Shown here: piece after piece, positions 37,127 to 45,369 of the stretch | Layout: the number at the start of each line of letters is the position of its first letter | Numbering within the stretch: position 1 is the first letter of the stretch | Origin: an uncultured Candidatus Peribacteria bacterium | GTDB taxonomy: Bacteria; Patescibacteriota; Gracilibacteria; Peribacterales; Peribacteraceae | Direction: 5' to 3' | Length of the DNA: 64,000 nt | NCBI GenBank assembly: GCA_964513925.1 | Contig: CAZENR010000009.1 | Coordinates: forward strand, 476 to 64,475 | The notes under the pieces: generated by a model | What the model was told of the DNA's origin: nothing | What the model saw: only the letters and a program-made list of their open reading frames with translations | Database searches by the model: none | Translations under genes and position numbers: made by a program

Positions 37127-37202
37127 CGGGGTGTAGCTTAGTTGGCAAAGCGCCAGGCTGGGGGTCTGGAGACCCAGGGTTCGAGTCCCTGCACCCCGAC
37201 CA
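37127..37202 (+). tRNA. tRNA-Pro (anticodon GGG), CCA encoded
   Basis: CGGGGTG/CACCCCG acceptor, loop CTGGGGG, T-arm CAGGGTTCGAGTCCCTG. Confidence 0.88.
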
Positions 37203-37208
37203 TTGCAT

Positions 37209-37409
37209 TCAGCAGGTCCATGCGTAACTATCCGGCCCTTCTTTAGTAAGCGTCCACACAGACCCATCGGACTTTTTGCCCGACCATACCTTTCCCATGG
37301 GCGCATCTTCGGCGGTCTTGGGCTTAGGCAAAACAGGAGCGCCTGCTGCCTTCAGCTGCTCTAGCGCCGTCTTGAGACTATCATCCATGGCGGGGAGTAA
37401 TTCTTCCAT
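37209..37409 (-). CDS. small hypothetical protein
   Basis: ATG at MEELLPAMDD, downstream of the methyltransferase gene. Confidence 0.3.
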   Translation of the reverse strand: MEELLPAMDDSLKTALEQLKAAGAPVLPKPKTAEDAPMGKVWSGKKSDGSVWTLTKEGPDSYAWTC

Positions 37410-37422
37410 ATGCAACAGTGTA

Positions 37423-37968
37423 TCAGGCCTTCTTTTTATACAAGACAACCTTCTCCCCTATTACGTCGGGCTCTATGCCTTCCATACGAAACGAGTGCGA
37501 TACTACGCGGCATCCGGGCCGTAATTGCGGCCAAACAGTCGTCTTAAAGGTCTTCATGGTATCGGTAAGCAAGTAGCAAAAGATAACGTCCGCATCGCTC
37601 AGATCCTTCTTCCAAAAATCCCCGTAGCGCACCGAGACCTTCCGGTGAAGCGCGCAGCGAATGGCGCTCCAGAGGTACATGGGTATCGACAATTCATAGC
37701 CAATGGCAGTAGCACCCTTGGCTGCGGCCGCAAGCAATATTCGACCATCACCGCAGCCCAAGTCGTAACACACCTCCCCGGGTTGCAGCTGCGCCAAGTC
37801 AATCATTCGCTTGAGAATAGGCCCTTTGGTTGGAAAAAACGGCGCTCCGACAACGGTGGCGTACGCGCCGGGCAGGCAGACTGCAATGACCGCAACGCAA
37901 ATCAGCAGCAGCCAGCCGTTCTGCGGGGCAAAGACCAACGCAAGTAGCAGAAGTACGATTTCAAGCAC
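37423..37968 (-). CDS. class I SAM-dependent methyltransferase with N-terminal TM segment
   Basis: Motif I VCYDLGCGDGRILL. Confidence 0.65.
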   Translation of the reverse strand: MLEIVLLLLALVFAPQNGWLLLICVAVIAVCLPGAYATVVGAPFFPTKGPILKRMIDLAQLQPGEVCYDLGCGDGRILLAAAAKGATAIGYELSIPMYLWSAIRCALHRKVSVRYGDFWKKDLSDADVIFCYLLTDTMKTFKTTVWPQLRPGCRVVSHSFRMEGIEPDVIGEKVVLYKKKA

Positions 37969-38019
37969 GTATCCATGTATACCGGAGTATGCGCATGAGC
38001 GCGATGACTTCGTTCATTT

Positions 38020-39111
38020 TTAGCTATGTCGCGGTGCCTCGAAACGACCGACTAAGTAGGTAAAGTATTCATGGAACTCGTGAAGAACCTTTTTCTTGCC
38101 AGAGACACCGCGAGCAAGCGGTGCCGGACACACAAACGGCATGGGAGTATCCGGACGCGGACGCGTATCTGCGGAGCGCAAAGAGTCGCCGCCATCGCGC
38201 CGTACTATTTTTGTTCCTTCCAGCGCATACTTGCTCGGATCTAACATGAACGAAAAGTGATGGGGGTGATCTACAACATCTGGCACTGGCATCAGTCCAT
38301 CATGCAACTCTGGAAATACCGTGCGCTTCTCGCCTCTGGCCGGCTTGGAAAACATTTGGCCATAACTGCCTTCGAGTATTGCTCGATAGGTATCGGCATC
38401 AATGGCACGTCCATTGTGCGCTGCTTGGTGTAGTCGAGGTAGCGCCAAGCAAAGTGCAACCTTGCTCTGTAAATCGGTGCGAAAACCACTTAAATAGTAC
38501 TCGCTTGGCGTGAGGAGTCGTCCGTACTGGTTGATGTTGTAGCAATTTGTCATGGCGTGCAAACGTGCGTACTGGCGCGAAACAGGGCTTTCCCTGTCGC
38601 CAGACCGCACTTGTTGCTCGCGCGTACCCTCCCAGTCCTCCAATGTCCAACCAAGCATTTGATACATGGAGTTCACAATTTGTGACAGCGGACTCTTGGC
38701 TGTTCGAAGGGCATCTGCCGTAATGACTTTTTCAGTCTGGAAAGGCCATTTCTCGATAAGTCCAGTCGGTGAACGACGAGAGATGGCATTCATGTGTCGC
38801 CATGCATCCTCCAGAAGCACGATGCTTAGGCCAATGCGCTCTGGTTGCAACCGATCCCACATTCTATCTTTTTCTTCACCTTCCAGTGGCTCTTCGCTAA
38901 GCAATACTTCGTCTGGTACTCCAGATTGCCCGACGACTCCAGCTCGCATGTCTTCCAGCATTGTTATTAACCCATTCATGCGATCCGCGTTTGCGCGAAC
39001 TGAATCTGCGATTGTGACTGGCGCAGGTCGATGCACACCCTCTTCCCGCTCAGGCAAGATTACCACCTCGCCTCGTCCAAGTGTGCGTTGTCGATAATTA
39101 GTATGGTCCAT
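38020..39111 (-). CDS. hypothetical protein (363 aa)
   Basis: Intact ORF. No motif recognised. Confidence 0.5.
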   Translation of the reverse strand: MDHTNYRQRTLGRGEVVILPEREEGVHRPAPVTIADSVRANADRMNGLITMLEDMRAGVVGQSGVPDEVLLSEEPLEGEEKDRMWDRLQPERIGLSIVLLEDAWRHMNAISRRSPTGLIEKWPFQTEKVITADALRTAKSPLSQIVNSMYQMLGWTLEDWEGTREQQVRSGDRESPVSRQYARLHAMTNCYNINQYGRLLTPSEYYLSGFRTDLQSKVALCLALPRLHQAAHNGRAIDADTYRAILEGSYGQMFSKPARGEKRTVFPELHDGLMPVPDVVDHPHHFSFMLDPSKYALEGTKIVRRDGGDSLRSADTRPRPDTPMPFVCPAPLARGVSGKKKVLHEFHEYFTYLVGRFEAPRHS

Positions 39112-39310
39112 GGAGCGGTAGAATGATGCGAAGCACGTTTGACACGTAAAAAAAAGATGTCAGATTATTATCGAAATAGTTCTGACGCACACCAGGTGGG
39201 TACATCGAAGTCTATTCATGTCTTTGGTTATGCTTTATTAAGCCATATTTTCGGGTATGCCGAAGCCGGGATCTACCTCTTGGAAGACCCCGGAACAACG
39301 GCAACGATGC

Positions 39311-40582
39311 TTACTTCTTGAACGGAGACTGGTACTTGGCCTTGGAGCCAAGCTCTTCTTCGATGCGCAGCAACTGGTTGTACTTGGCAACGCGGTCGGT
39401 GCGGGAAAGCGAGCCGGTCTTGATTTGTCCGGTGCGCAGCCCAACTGCCAAGTCGGCGATGAAGGCATCCTCAGTCTCGCCGCTGCGATGACTGGTAACT
39501 GCGGTCCATCCGGCAGCCTGGCACATTTGAATGGTGGCCACGGTCTCGGACACGCTACCGATTTGGTTGAGCTTAATGAGCACGGAGTTGGCGACCTTCT
39601 TCTCAATACCCTGCTTCACGCGCTGGGTGTTGGTGACAAACAGATCATCGCCCACAAGCTGCAGCTTGGAACCGAATTTCTGGTTCATCATGCCGAAGCC
39701 CTCCCAGTCATCCTCTGCAAAACCGTCTTCAATGCTGACAATGGGATACTTGGCGATCAGCTTGCCGTAGAACTCCACCAACTCGGCAGACGTAAACGTC
39801 TTGCCGTCCACGGTGTACTTGCCGTCCTTGTAGTATTCGTTCGCGGCACAGTCGAGAGCCAATTGGATCTTTCCCTCGTATCCTGCCTTCTTGATGGCTT
39901 CCATGAGTACGCCCAATGCCTCGTCGCTGTCTTTGACGTGAGGGGCAAAACCTCCTTCATCGCCGACTGCGGTAACGTGGCCTTTGTCCTTCAGGATCTT
40001 CTTGAGTGCATGGAACGTCTCGGCACCTGCGCGCAGAGCATCGGAGAACGTCTTGAAGCCCGTGGGAATAATCATGCATTCCTGGAAGCTCAAGCCCGAG
40101 TCGGCATGTGCACCACCGTTGATGACGTTCATCATCGGTGTTGGCAGCAAGGTTGCGTCCTTCACGCCGTACTGCTTGGCAAGCGACTGCCACAGCGACT
40201 GCTTCTCGGAGGCGGCGCGGGCCTTTGCCACAGCCATGGAAACACCAAGAATAGCATTGGCGCCAAGCTTGGACTTGTTCGGAGTGCCGTCCAAATCCAA
40301 CATGATTTGATCGACGTCCTTCTGGCTCTCTACAGGCTTGCCTGCAAGCGCCTTGGCAATGGGGCCGTTGACGTTGGCCACGGCCTTCTCGACCGACTTG
40401 CCCAAGTACTTAGCCTTGTCTCCGTCGCGGAGCTCGAGTGCCTCATGCGTACCGGTGGAAGCTCCGGAGGGAACGGCTGCACGACCGAACGAACCATCGG
40501 AGAGCGTGCAATCTGCTTCGAGGGTGGGGTTACCGCGCGAGTCCAGAATTTGGCGCGCGCGAAGAGTGGTGATGGTAGTCAT
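39311..40582 (-). CDS. eno: enolase
   Basis: 423 aa; enolase family throughout. Confidence 0.97.
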   Translation of the reverse strand: MTTITTLRARQILDSRGNPTLEADCTLSDGSFGRAAVPSGASTGTHEALELRDGDKAKYLGKSVEKAVANVNGPIAKALAGKPVESQKDVDQIMLDLDGTPNKSKLGANAILGVSMAVAKARAASEKQSLWQSLAKQYGVKDATLLPTPMMNVINGGAHADSGLSFQECMIIPTGFKTFSDALRAGAETFHALKKILKDKGHVTAVGDEGGFAPHVKDSDEALGVLMEAIKKAGYEGKIQLALDCAANEYYKDGKYTVDGKTFTSAELVEFYGKLIAKYPIVSIEDGFAEDDWEGFGMMNQKFGSKLQLVGDDLFVTNTQRVKQGIEKKVANSVLIKLNQIGSVSETVATIQMCQAAGWTAVTSHRSGETEDAFIADLAVGLRTGQIKTGSLSRTDRVAKYNQLLRIEEELGSKAKYQSPFKK

Positions 40583-40634
40583 AGTGCGGAGATGCTACAG
40601 CAAGGCCACAGGCAACGAAAGTGAAGTGGAATTT

Positions 40635-40677
40635 AGGAATCCTGGAGTCCAAGGAGTCCTGGAATCATCGAGATTCC
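40635..40677. repeat. GGAWTCC array (5 GANTC cores)
   Basis: AGGAATCCTGGAGTCCAAGGAGTCCTGGAATCATCGAGATTCC. Overlaps the stop of 40665..41444. Confidence 0.8.
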
Positions 40678-41444
40678 CCCACCACCACAACCACCTTCGC
40701 GCCTCTCTCCACCTCTCCCCCGTTCCAATCGTGAATCGCATGCAGTAGCACATCGAACCGGTAGACAAAGTTTTTGCCGTGCTTTGTGCCGGGGTCGTTA
40801 GTGATGACATAGCCGTCCTTGGTGTATCCGCGCAAAACAAGCATGTGGTACGGAGGGCCCGGGCGACGGAAGTACGGGTTGCCAAGCTGACGACCTGCAG
40901 CCGGAACAATGACAAGCTTTCCTTGGGACAACGCCTTCTTCAGTCCGGCTTCGTCGGGGTTCCATAGCAGCGAAACATCCAGCGTTGGGCGCTGCGCTTT
41001 CAGCGTTGCAGCAACCTCCGCAGCGGTTTCATCTGGTACTGCACCGGTCAAGCCGGATAACCGCATCATTTCGGCATCCGCCTCTTCGGGCGAAGGAATA
41101 CCCTCTCCGGCAAAGTAACGAAGCACCATGAGCATGCTTGCCTCTTCGCAAAATTCCTCATGTGCTTCATCCCAATTCGCAAACGGAGCTTGAACGGTAA
41201 ACGGCACATCCCAGTTGACCTCGGCGGCTACTGCAGGCTGTTTCGACGATGATGCGGACTGCTGCGAGGGCGCCGATGCCGAAGCTGTAACAATGGATGT
41301 GCGAGACGTTGCTGCAGGAACGGAAACGCTCGCTGCCTCGCTCATGCGCGCCTGCCTCTCCAGACGATCTTGCAGCAGACGAATGCCTTGCCAGGACACT
41401 GCAAAAAGCACCACGGCCAGCAACAGCAGCAATATGCGCTTCAT
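40665..41444 (-). CDS. peptidase C39-like domain protein, membrane anchored
   Basis: N-terminal TM segment. VPFTVQAPFANWDEAHEEFCEEASMLMVLRY fits the C39_2-type pattern. Confidence 0.6.
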   Translation of the reverse strand: MKRILLLLLAVVLFAVSWQGIRLLQDRLERQARMSEAASVSVPAATSRTSIVTASASAPSQQSASSSKQPAVAAEVNWDVPFTVQAPFANWDEAHEEFCEEASMLMVLRYFAGEGIPSPEEADAEMMRLSGLTGAVPDETAAEVAATLKAQRPTLDVSLLWNPDEAGLKKALSQGKLVIVPAAGRQLGNPYFRRPGPPYHMLVLRGYTKDGYVITNDPGTKHGKNFVYRFDVLLHAIHDWNGGEVERGAKVVVVVGESR

Positions 41445-41453
41445 GAGATCAGC

Positions 41454-42311
41454 TTACACGGCACAGCGCCTGCGCGCACGGGCGTGCAGAACGCCACAAT
41501 AGCCGGCAAGCACGGCCGCCAACAGGGCAGCGGCAGTTTCCTCGGGTCCGGTCTTGGTAAGGCGGCGGGGCTTTGTTCCGTTTAAGACATCGGCAATGGT
41601 TGTCGTGGCATCGGACGAAGTTGCCGTGGAAGAAGACAGTGTCGAGCGTTTTGCGGAGGCGGACGACATGCTCTCTGAGGCAGCGGACATGGCGGAGGAA
41701 GCGCCTGTCGCTACCGATGCCGATGAAGACGTTGTATCCGCACTTCCCGGCATGCGCACTGCAGCCAACAAGCCGGTAAGGCTCCGGTACCCATTCCCTG
41801 CGATTCGTGTGATATCGGTTTGCGGGAAGAGTGCGGCCTGTAACGCCGGGTTCCAATCCATGGCATGCGACGCGATCGACGCAACGGCAAACGCTGCCAG
41901 CAATACAGAAAGGAAGGGAATGCGGACGTTACGGCGACGAATAACGTGCGCGGCAAACGCGATAGTCAGCACGATGCCAAGCGCAACCAACGGCAAAGAC
42001 CAGAAAGAGAAGAAACCCAGCTGCACCGTATGAGCGACCGAGAAGCGGTACGACAGCAGCTCCAAAAGCAGCCACAGCGCCGCCATTGCAGCCGGAAGCC
42101 AGTGCAGAATGCGGAATTCGTAATCGGCACGGTTGCTTCGCAGCGTATGGGTAAGCAGCAACGGATAGACAACCGTAACCGCAAAGACGATGCACCAGTA
42201 CGCAATGCCTGCCGGGAACGCCGGCAACAGGCCGAGTGCGAAACCGGTTATCGCGAGCAGTATGCCCAAAACGAGCATGAGGGCCGTTTCTGTGTGATGC
42301 TTCAGCGGCAC
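41454..42311 (-). CDS. polytopic membrane protein with Ser/Ala-rich segment
   Basis: 285 aa with multiple TM segments. Confidence 0.5.
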   Translation of the reverse strand: MPLKHHTETALMLVLGILLAITGFALGLLPAFPAGIAYWCIVFAVTVVYPLLLTHTLRSNRADYEFRILHWLPAAMAALWLLLELLSYRFSVAHTVQLGFFSFWSLPLVALGIVLTIAFAAHVIRRRNVRIPFLSVLLAAFAVASIASHAMDWNPALQAALFPQTDITRIAGNGYRSLTGLLAAVRMPGSADTTSSSASVATGASSAMSAASESMSSASAKRSTLSSSTATSSDATTTIADVLNGTKPRRLTKTGPEETAAALLAAVLAGYCGVLHARARRRCAV

Positions 42312-42398
42312 AGGATCGTGGATTCTCCCTGTCCGAGAAGCCTATGTCAAGAGAAGGTTACCGGGGGCAATCCTTCACGAACCCAGGTACGCGGCAAA

Positions 42399-42803
42399 CT
42401 AACGCTTTTTGCGCGGCAGATACTTATCCCGCTCGTCTTCGGTGCGCTTACGGTCCAAGACCACGTAGTGTCGGTTTCGAAAGGCAAGCAGCTGCGCAAC
42501 AATATAGAGAGCAAAACACAGAGCCCACAGCAGCCACAGCGCGCGCATCGAGAAGAATTGAATGGTCTCTACGCGGCTGACTGCCATGACGAGGGCCACG
42601 ATGCCGAATGTGAGCACCGTTCCCGACCAGCTAGCTGACAATGAGCGAGTTACCGGATTCTTCTGTCGGGAGCGCCACATACCAATGACAAACGACAACG
42701 CAATAAGCGCAACGCACGCACCAAGTACCAGCTGCACCTTCGGGTCGTTGTAGTGCCATCCGCCCGGATTGGGCCAGAACCAGTGGGAGAGAAATTGTTT
42801 CAT
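42399..42803 (-). CDS. membrane protein (134 aa)
   Basis: Three TM segments and a basic C-terminus. Confidence 0.5.
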   Translation of the reverse strand: MKQFLSHWFWPNPGGWHYNDPKVQLVLGACVALIALSFVIGMWRSRQKNPVTRSLSASWSGTVLTFGIVALVMAVSRVETIQFFSMRALWLLWALCFALYIVAQLLAFRNRHYVVLDRKRTEDERDKYLPRKKR

Positions 42804-42859
42804 AGAGGCAAATGTAGTGTGGCGTACGATAGTGCAGCGGAGAGCTGCAAGTAAAGGCG

Positions 42860-43171
42860 TTATGGCTGCTTATTCTTCTGACCGTGCTGCTTGTTGTGAT
42901 GATGCTTTTTGCCCTGGTGTTGCTGCTGCACCGCAGGCTGATGCGCTCGCTTCAGCAGCTCGTGTACATCGCGCTCCAACTTGCGTTGGCGATTGGTGGT
43001 AGCCGGGCGAATGAGCATGTAGAGCAAGAAGCCCAAAACCGGCAGCAACGACACCAAAATGATGACAAATACCTGGAACACAAACGAATGCGTGCGCAGC
43101 AAAATGTCGCGGGTGGCGTACAACACCAGGTACACCAACAGCACGCCGACCACGACCATGCAAATCTGCAT
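42860..43171 (-). CDS. small membrane protein with PLD-N-terminal-like motif and His/Gln/Lys-rich tail
   Basis: IILVSLLPVLGFLLYMLIRP motif. Start at ATG 43171 is a minimal estimate. Confidence 0.45.
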   Translation of the reverse strand: MQICMVVVGVLLVYLVLYATRDILLRTHSFVFQVFVIILVSLLPVLGFLLYMLIRPATTNRQRKLERDVHELLKRAHQPAVQQQHQGKKHHHNKQHGQKNKQP

Positions 43172-43260
43172 GGCCACAAGAGATGGATTCTCGGCAAACA
43201 GCTGCGAGAACGCTTCGAAACTGGGAAGAGAGAGCTGCACGGGAAATTGCGGGGAAAAAC

Positions 43261-44184
43261 TTACAGATGCGGATACTTCCGCCGATGGACGACAACGTAT
43301 ACCACCGTCGCCAGCAGTGCAAGAATGGCTAGCACCTGGCTGAAGCGCAGTTGGAATTCGCCAAAGGTAATCCACTGACGCGAAACAACGTAGGCCACTG
43401 TTGCCAATGCAACGCAGCCGCCGTAGATGGCATTTGCCCGCTCGCTTAACTTCAACTCGATTGCGGCAAGTACACCAAGACTGACAAACAAGCAGAACAA
43501 GAATAGGAAATCCGTGAACTTGGCAAACACAGGAATGCCAAAGTCGCCGCGCATGAATTCAAACAAGAACACGGCAACTCCTGCCGCAACGATGCCAAAC
43601 AGCGTTTCGGCACCGGCGCGCTTGGCATTCTTACGAACCACCAGCAAGATGAACGTCAGCGCAAAATAGAAGAGTGCGTAGTACAGCTGCACCGGATGAA
43701 TGGGCACTGCGTAGCGGACGTTGAACGTGTCGATGATCACGCCCCAAGGCATGTTTGTTGGTTTGCCGTACGCCTGCGCGCCGGCGAACATGCCTACCCA
43801 GTCGAAGCCCAGACCCAGTGTCATGGCGGGCAACAGCGCATCCAACCACTGCAAGTACGTGGCACGCTGATTTCGCGTCGTGACGAACAGAACGATGGCA
43901 ATGCCGAGCGCCGCCCCGATGAAGCTGAATTGACCGTCCCAGAAAATAACCATGCGGATAGGCTGCTTGAGGTACGACTGGTAGTTGGCGAGTACGGCAA
44001 TCAACCTTCCACCAGCAAAGAATGCCAATGCAAACCACTTTGCGTTATCGCGGATACCCTGCACGCTTAGGTTTGCAGCTGCCGCAATGCGGAAGAAAAA
44101 CTCGCTACTGACCCACACTCCTATAAGGAGGAAGAGCAAGCGCATCCAAATGACTGCGGGGCCGATTTCGAATGCTTCGAACAT
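43261..44184 (-). CDS. lgt: prolipoprotein diacylglyceryl transferase
   Basis: 307 aa. Lgt-like segments GAQAYGKPTNMPWGV and IHPVQLY. Confidence 0.8.
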   Translation of the reverse strand: MFEAFEIGPAVIWMRLLFLLIGVWVSSEFFFRIAAAANLSVQGIRDNAKWFALAFFAGGRLIAVLANYQSYLKQPIRMVIFWDGQFSFIGAALGIAIVLFVTTRNQRATYLQWLDALLPAMTLGLGFDWVGMFAGAQAYGKPTNMPWGVIIDTFNVRYAVPIHPVQLYYALFYFALTFILLVVRKNAKRAGAETLFGIVAAGVAVFLFEFMRGDFGIPVFAKFTDFLFLFCLFVSLGVLAAIELKLSERANAIYGGCVALATVAYVVSRQWITFGEFQLRFSQVLAILALLATVVYVVVHRRKYPHL

Positions 44185-44235
44185 GCGGAGGAAAGGATAC
44201 CAGTCGAAACAAGTCGTAGGAAAGAAGACCTTGTA

Positions 44236-44272
44236 GATTCATACGAAGGATTCCATGACTCCCTGGATTCCG
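44236..44272. repeat. GGAWTCC array, opposite orientation (4 GANTC cores)
   Basis: GATTCATACGAAGGATTCCATGACTCCCTGGATTCC in the lgt / LysE-family divergent spacer. Confidence 0.7.
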
Positions 44273-44364
44273 CATCGCGCACAAGCCTGTTGGCAATGGA
44301 AGTAAGACCTCTACTGCAATTACGTCGACAGATGCTAGAATACAGCCTCTGCTACGCAATCTCT

Positions 44365-44982
44365 ATGTCCGCATTTCTCACCATTGTTGTCATTCATCTG
44401 CTTGCCGTCATGAGTCCAGGGCCGGATTTCGCACTAGTTACACGAAATAGCCTGTGTCTCTCACGACGTAGTGGAATCTTCACAGCGTTAGGGTTGGGAC
44501 TTGGCATTTTGGTGCATTGCGCCTACTCACTCCTTGGTATTGGCCTCGTTATTTCACAATCAATCCTGCTCTACAACGCCATAAAATGGATTGGCGCACT
44601 GTACCTTATGTACATTGGCTGGAAGGCACTTACACACAAACCCAACAAAGTAACTACTGTGGACTACAAGCATCGCCAAGACATATCGTGCTGGTCAGCA
44701 TTGAGCCAGGGGTTTCTCTGCAATGTGCTCAACCCCAAAGCAACACTGTTCTTCTTGGCACTGTTTACTCAAGTCATTAGCGCAAGCACTCCCCTGCTAG
44801 TACAAGCGGCATATGGACTGTGGATGAGTTTTGCAACGTTCGTGTGGTTTGGACTTGTTTCTTCGGTACTATCACTAGAAGTAATCCGCATTCGCTTCGA
44901 AAGAGTGCAAGGCGCATTTGAGCGCGTCATGGGTGCACTGCTTATTGCACTGGGCCTCAAAATTGCTCTCTCTCATCGCTAG
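44365..44982 (+). CDS. LysE/RhtB-family amino-acid exporter
   Basis: MSPGPDFALV N-terminal motif and six TM segments. Confidence 0.75.
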   Translation: MSAFLTIVVIHLLAVMSPGPDFALVTRNSLCLSRRSGIFTALGLGLGILVHCAYSLLGIGLVISQSILLYNAIKWIGALYLMYIGWKALTHKPNKVTTVDYKHRQDISCWSALSQGFLCNVLNPKATLFFLALFTQVISASTPLLVQAAYGLWMSFATFVWFGLVSSVLSLEVIRIRFERVQGAFERVMGALLIALGLKIALSHR

Positions 44983-44985
44983 CTC

Positions 44986-45369
44986 ATGTTCCGAATTAGT
45001 CGCCTGCCACGCTTTGTACGCCTGTGTTTGCTATCGCTTGCACTTGCCGTGTTCGGCTTCATTCCAGGACTGGGCATTCCCGGCGCTCTGGTACTGGAAC
45101 TATGCGATCCCCTGCTGTGGCTACTGCGTCCGGTACTGGCGTATCCCGGCATTCCGGTAACGCCCAGCGTGTGGGGTGCCGCCATCCTGACAACACTCCT
45201 GTGGCCCTGGAGCATTCCGGCAGGATACGCATTCGGCTTCGTTGCATTGCGCAAGCAACCGAAAGGGCTGCGAATTGGCGTGTTGCTCGGCACCATGTTG
45301 CTGTGGGGCATGGCACTTACCTACGCTATGGCGCTGCAATTGGCGGCGATTCCCAAGCTCGGCGCTTAG
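44986..45369 (+). CDS. membrane protein (127 aa)
   Basis: Four hydrophobic segments. Confidence 0.45.
   Translation: MFRISRLPRFVRLCLLSLALAVFGFIPGLGIPGALVLELCDPLLWLLRPVLAYPGIPVTPSVWGAAILTTLLWPWSIPAGYAFGFVALRKQPKGLRIGVLLGTMLLWGMALTYAMALQLAAIPKLGA

Noticed and set aside
36899-37306. 135-aa ORF (-) with internal repeat LSYTPTMWILIDS
   Set aside because: It is the antisense of tRNA-Pro and the duplicated tRNA leader, so it is an artefact of the DNA repeat.
39257-40624. Long antisense shadow ORFs: 455 aa opposite eno, 374 aa opposite recG (4253..5377), 241 aa opposite clpP, 276 aa opposite ftsZ, 268 aa opposite 29974..31797
   Set aside because: These are typical high-GC shadow frames lying fully inside well-supported genes, with low-complexity Arg/Gly/His-rich translations.
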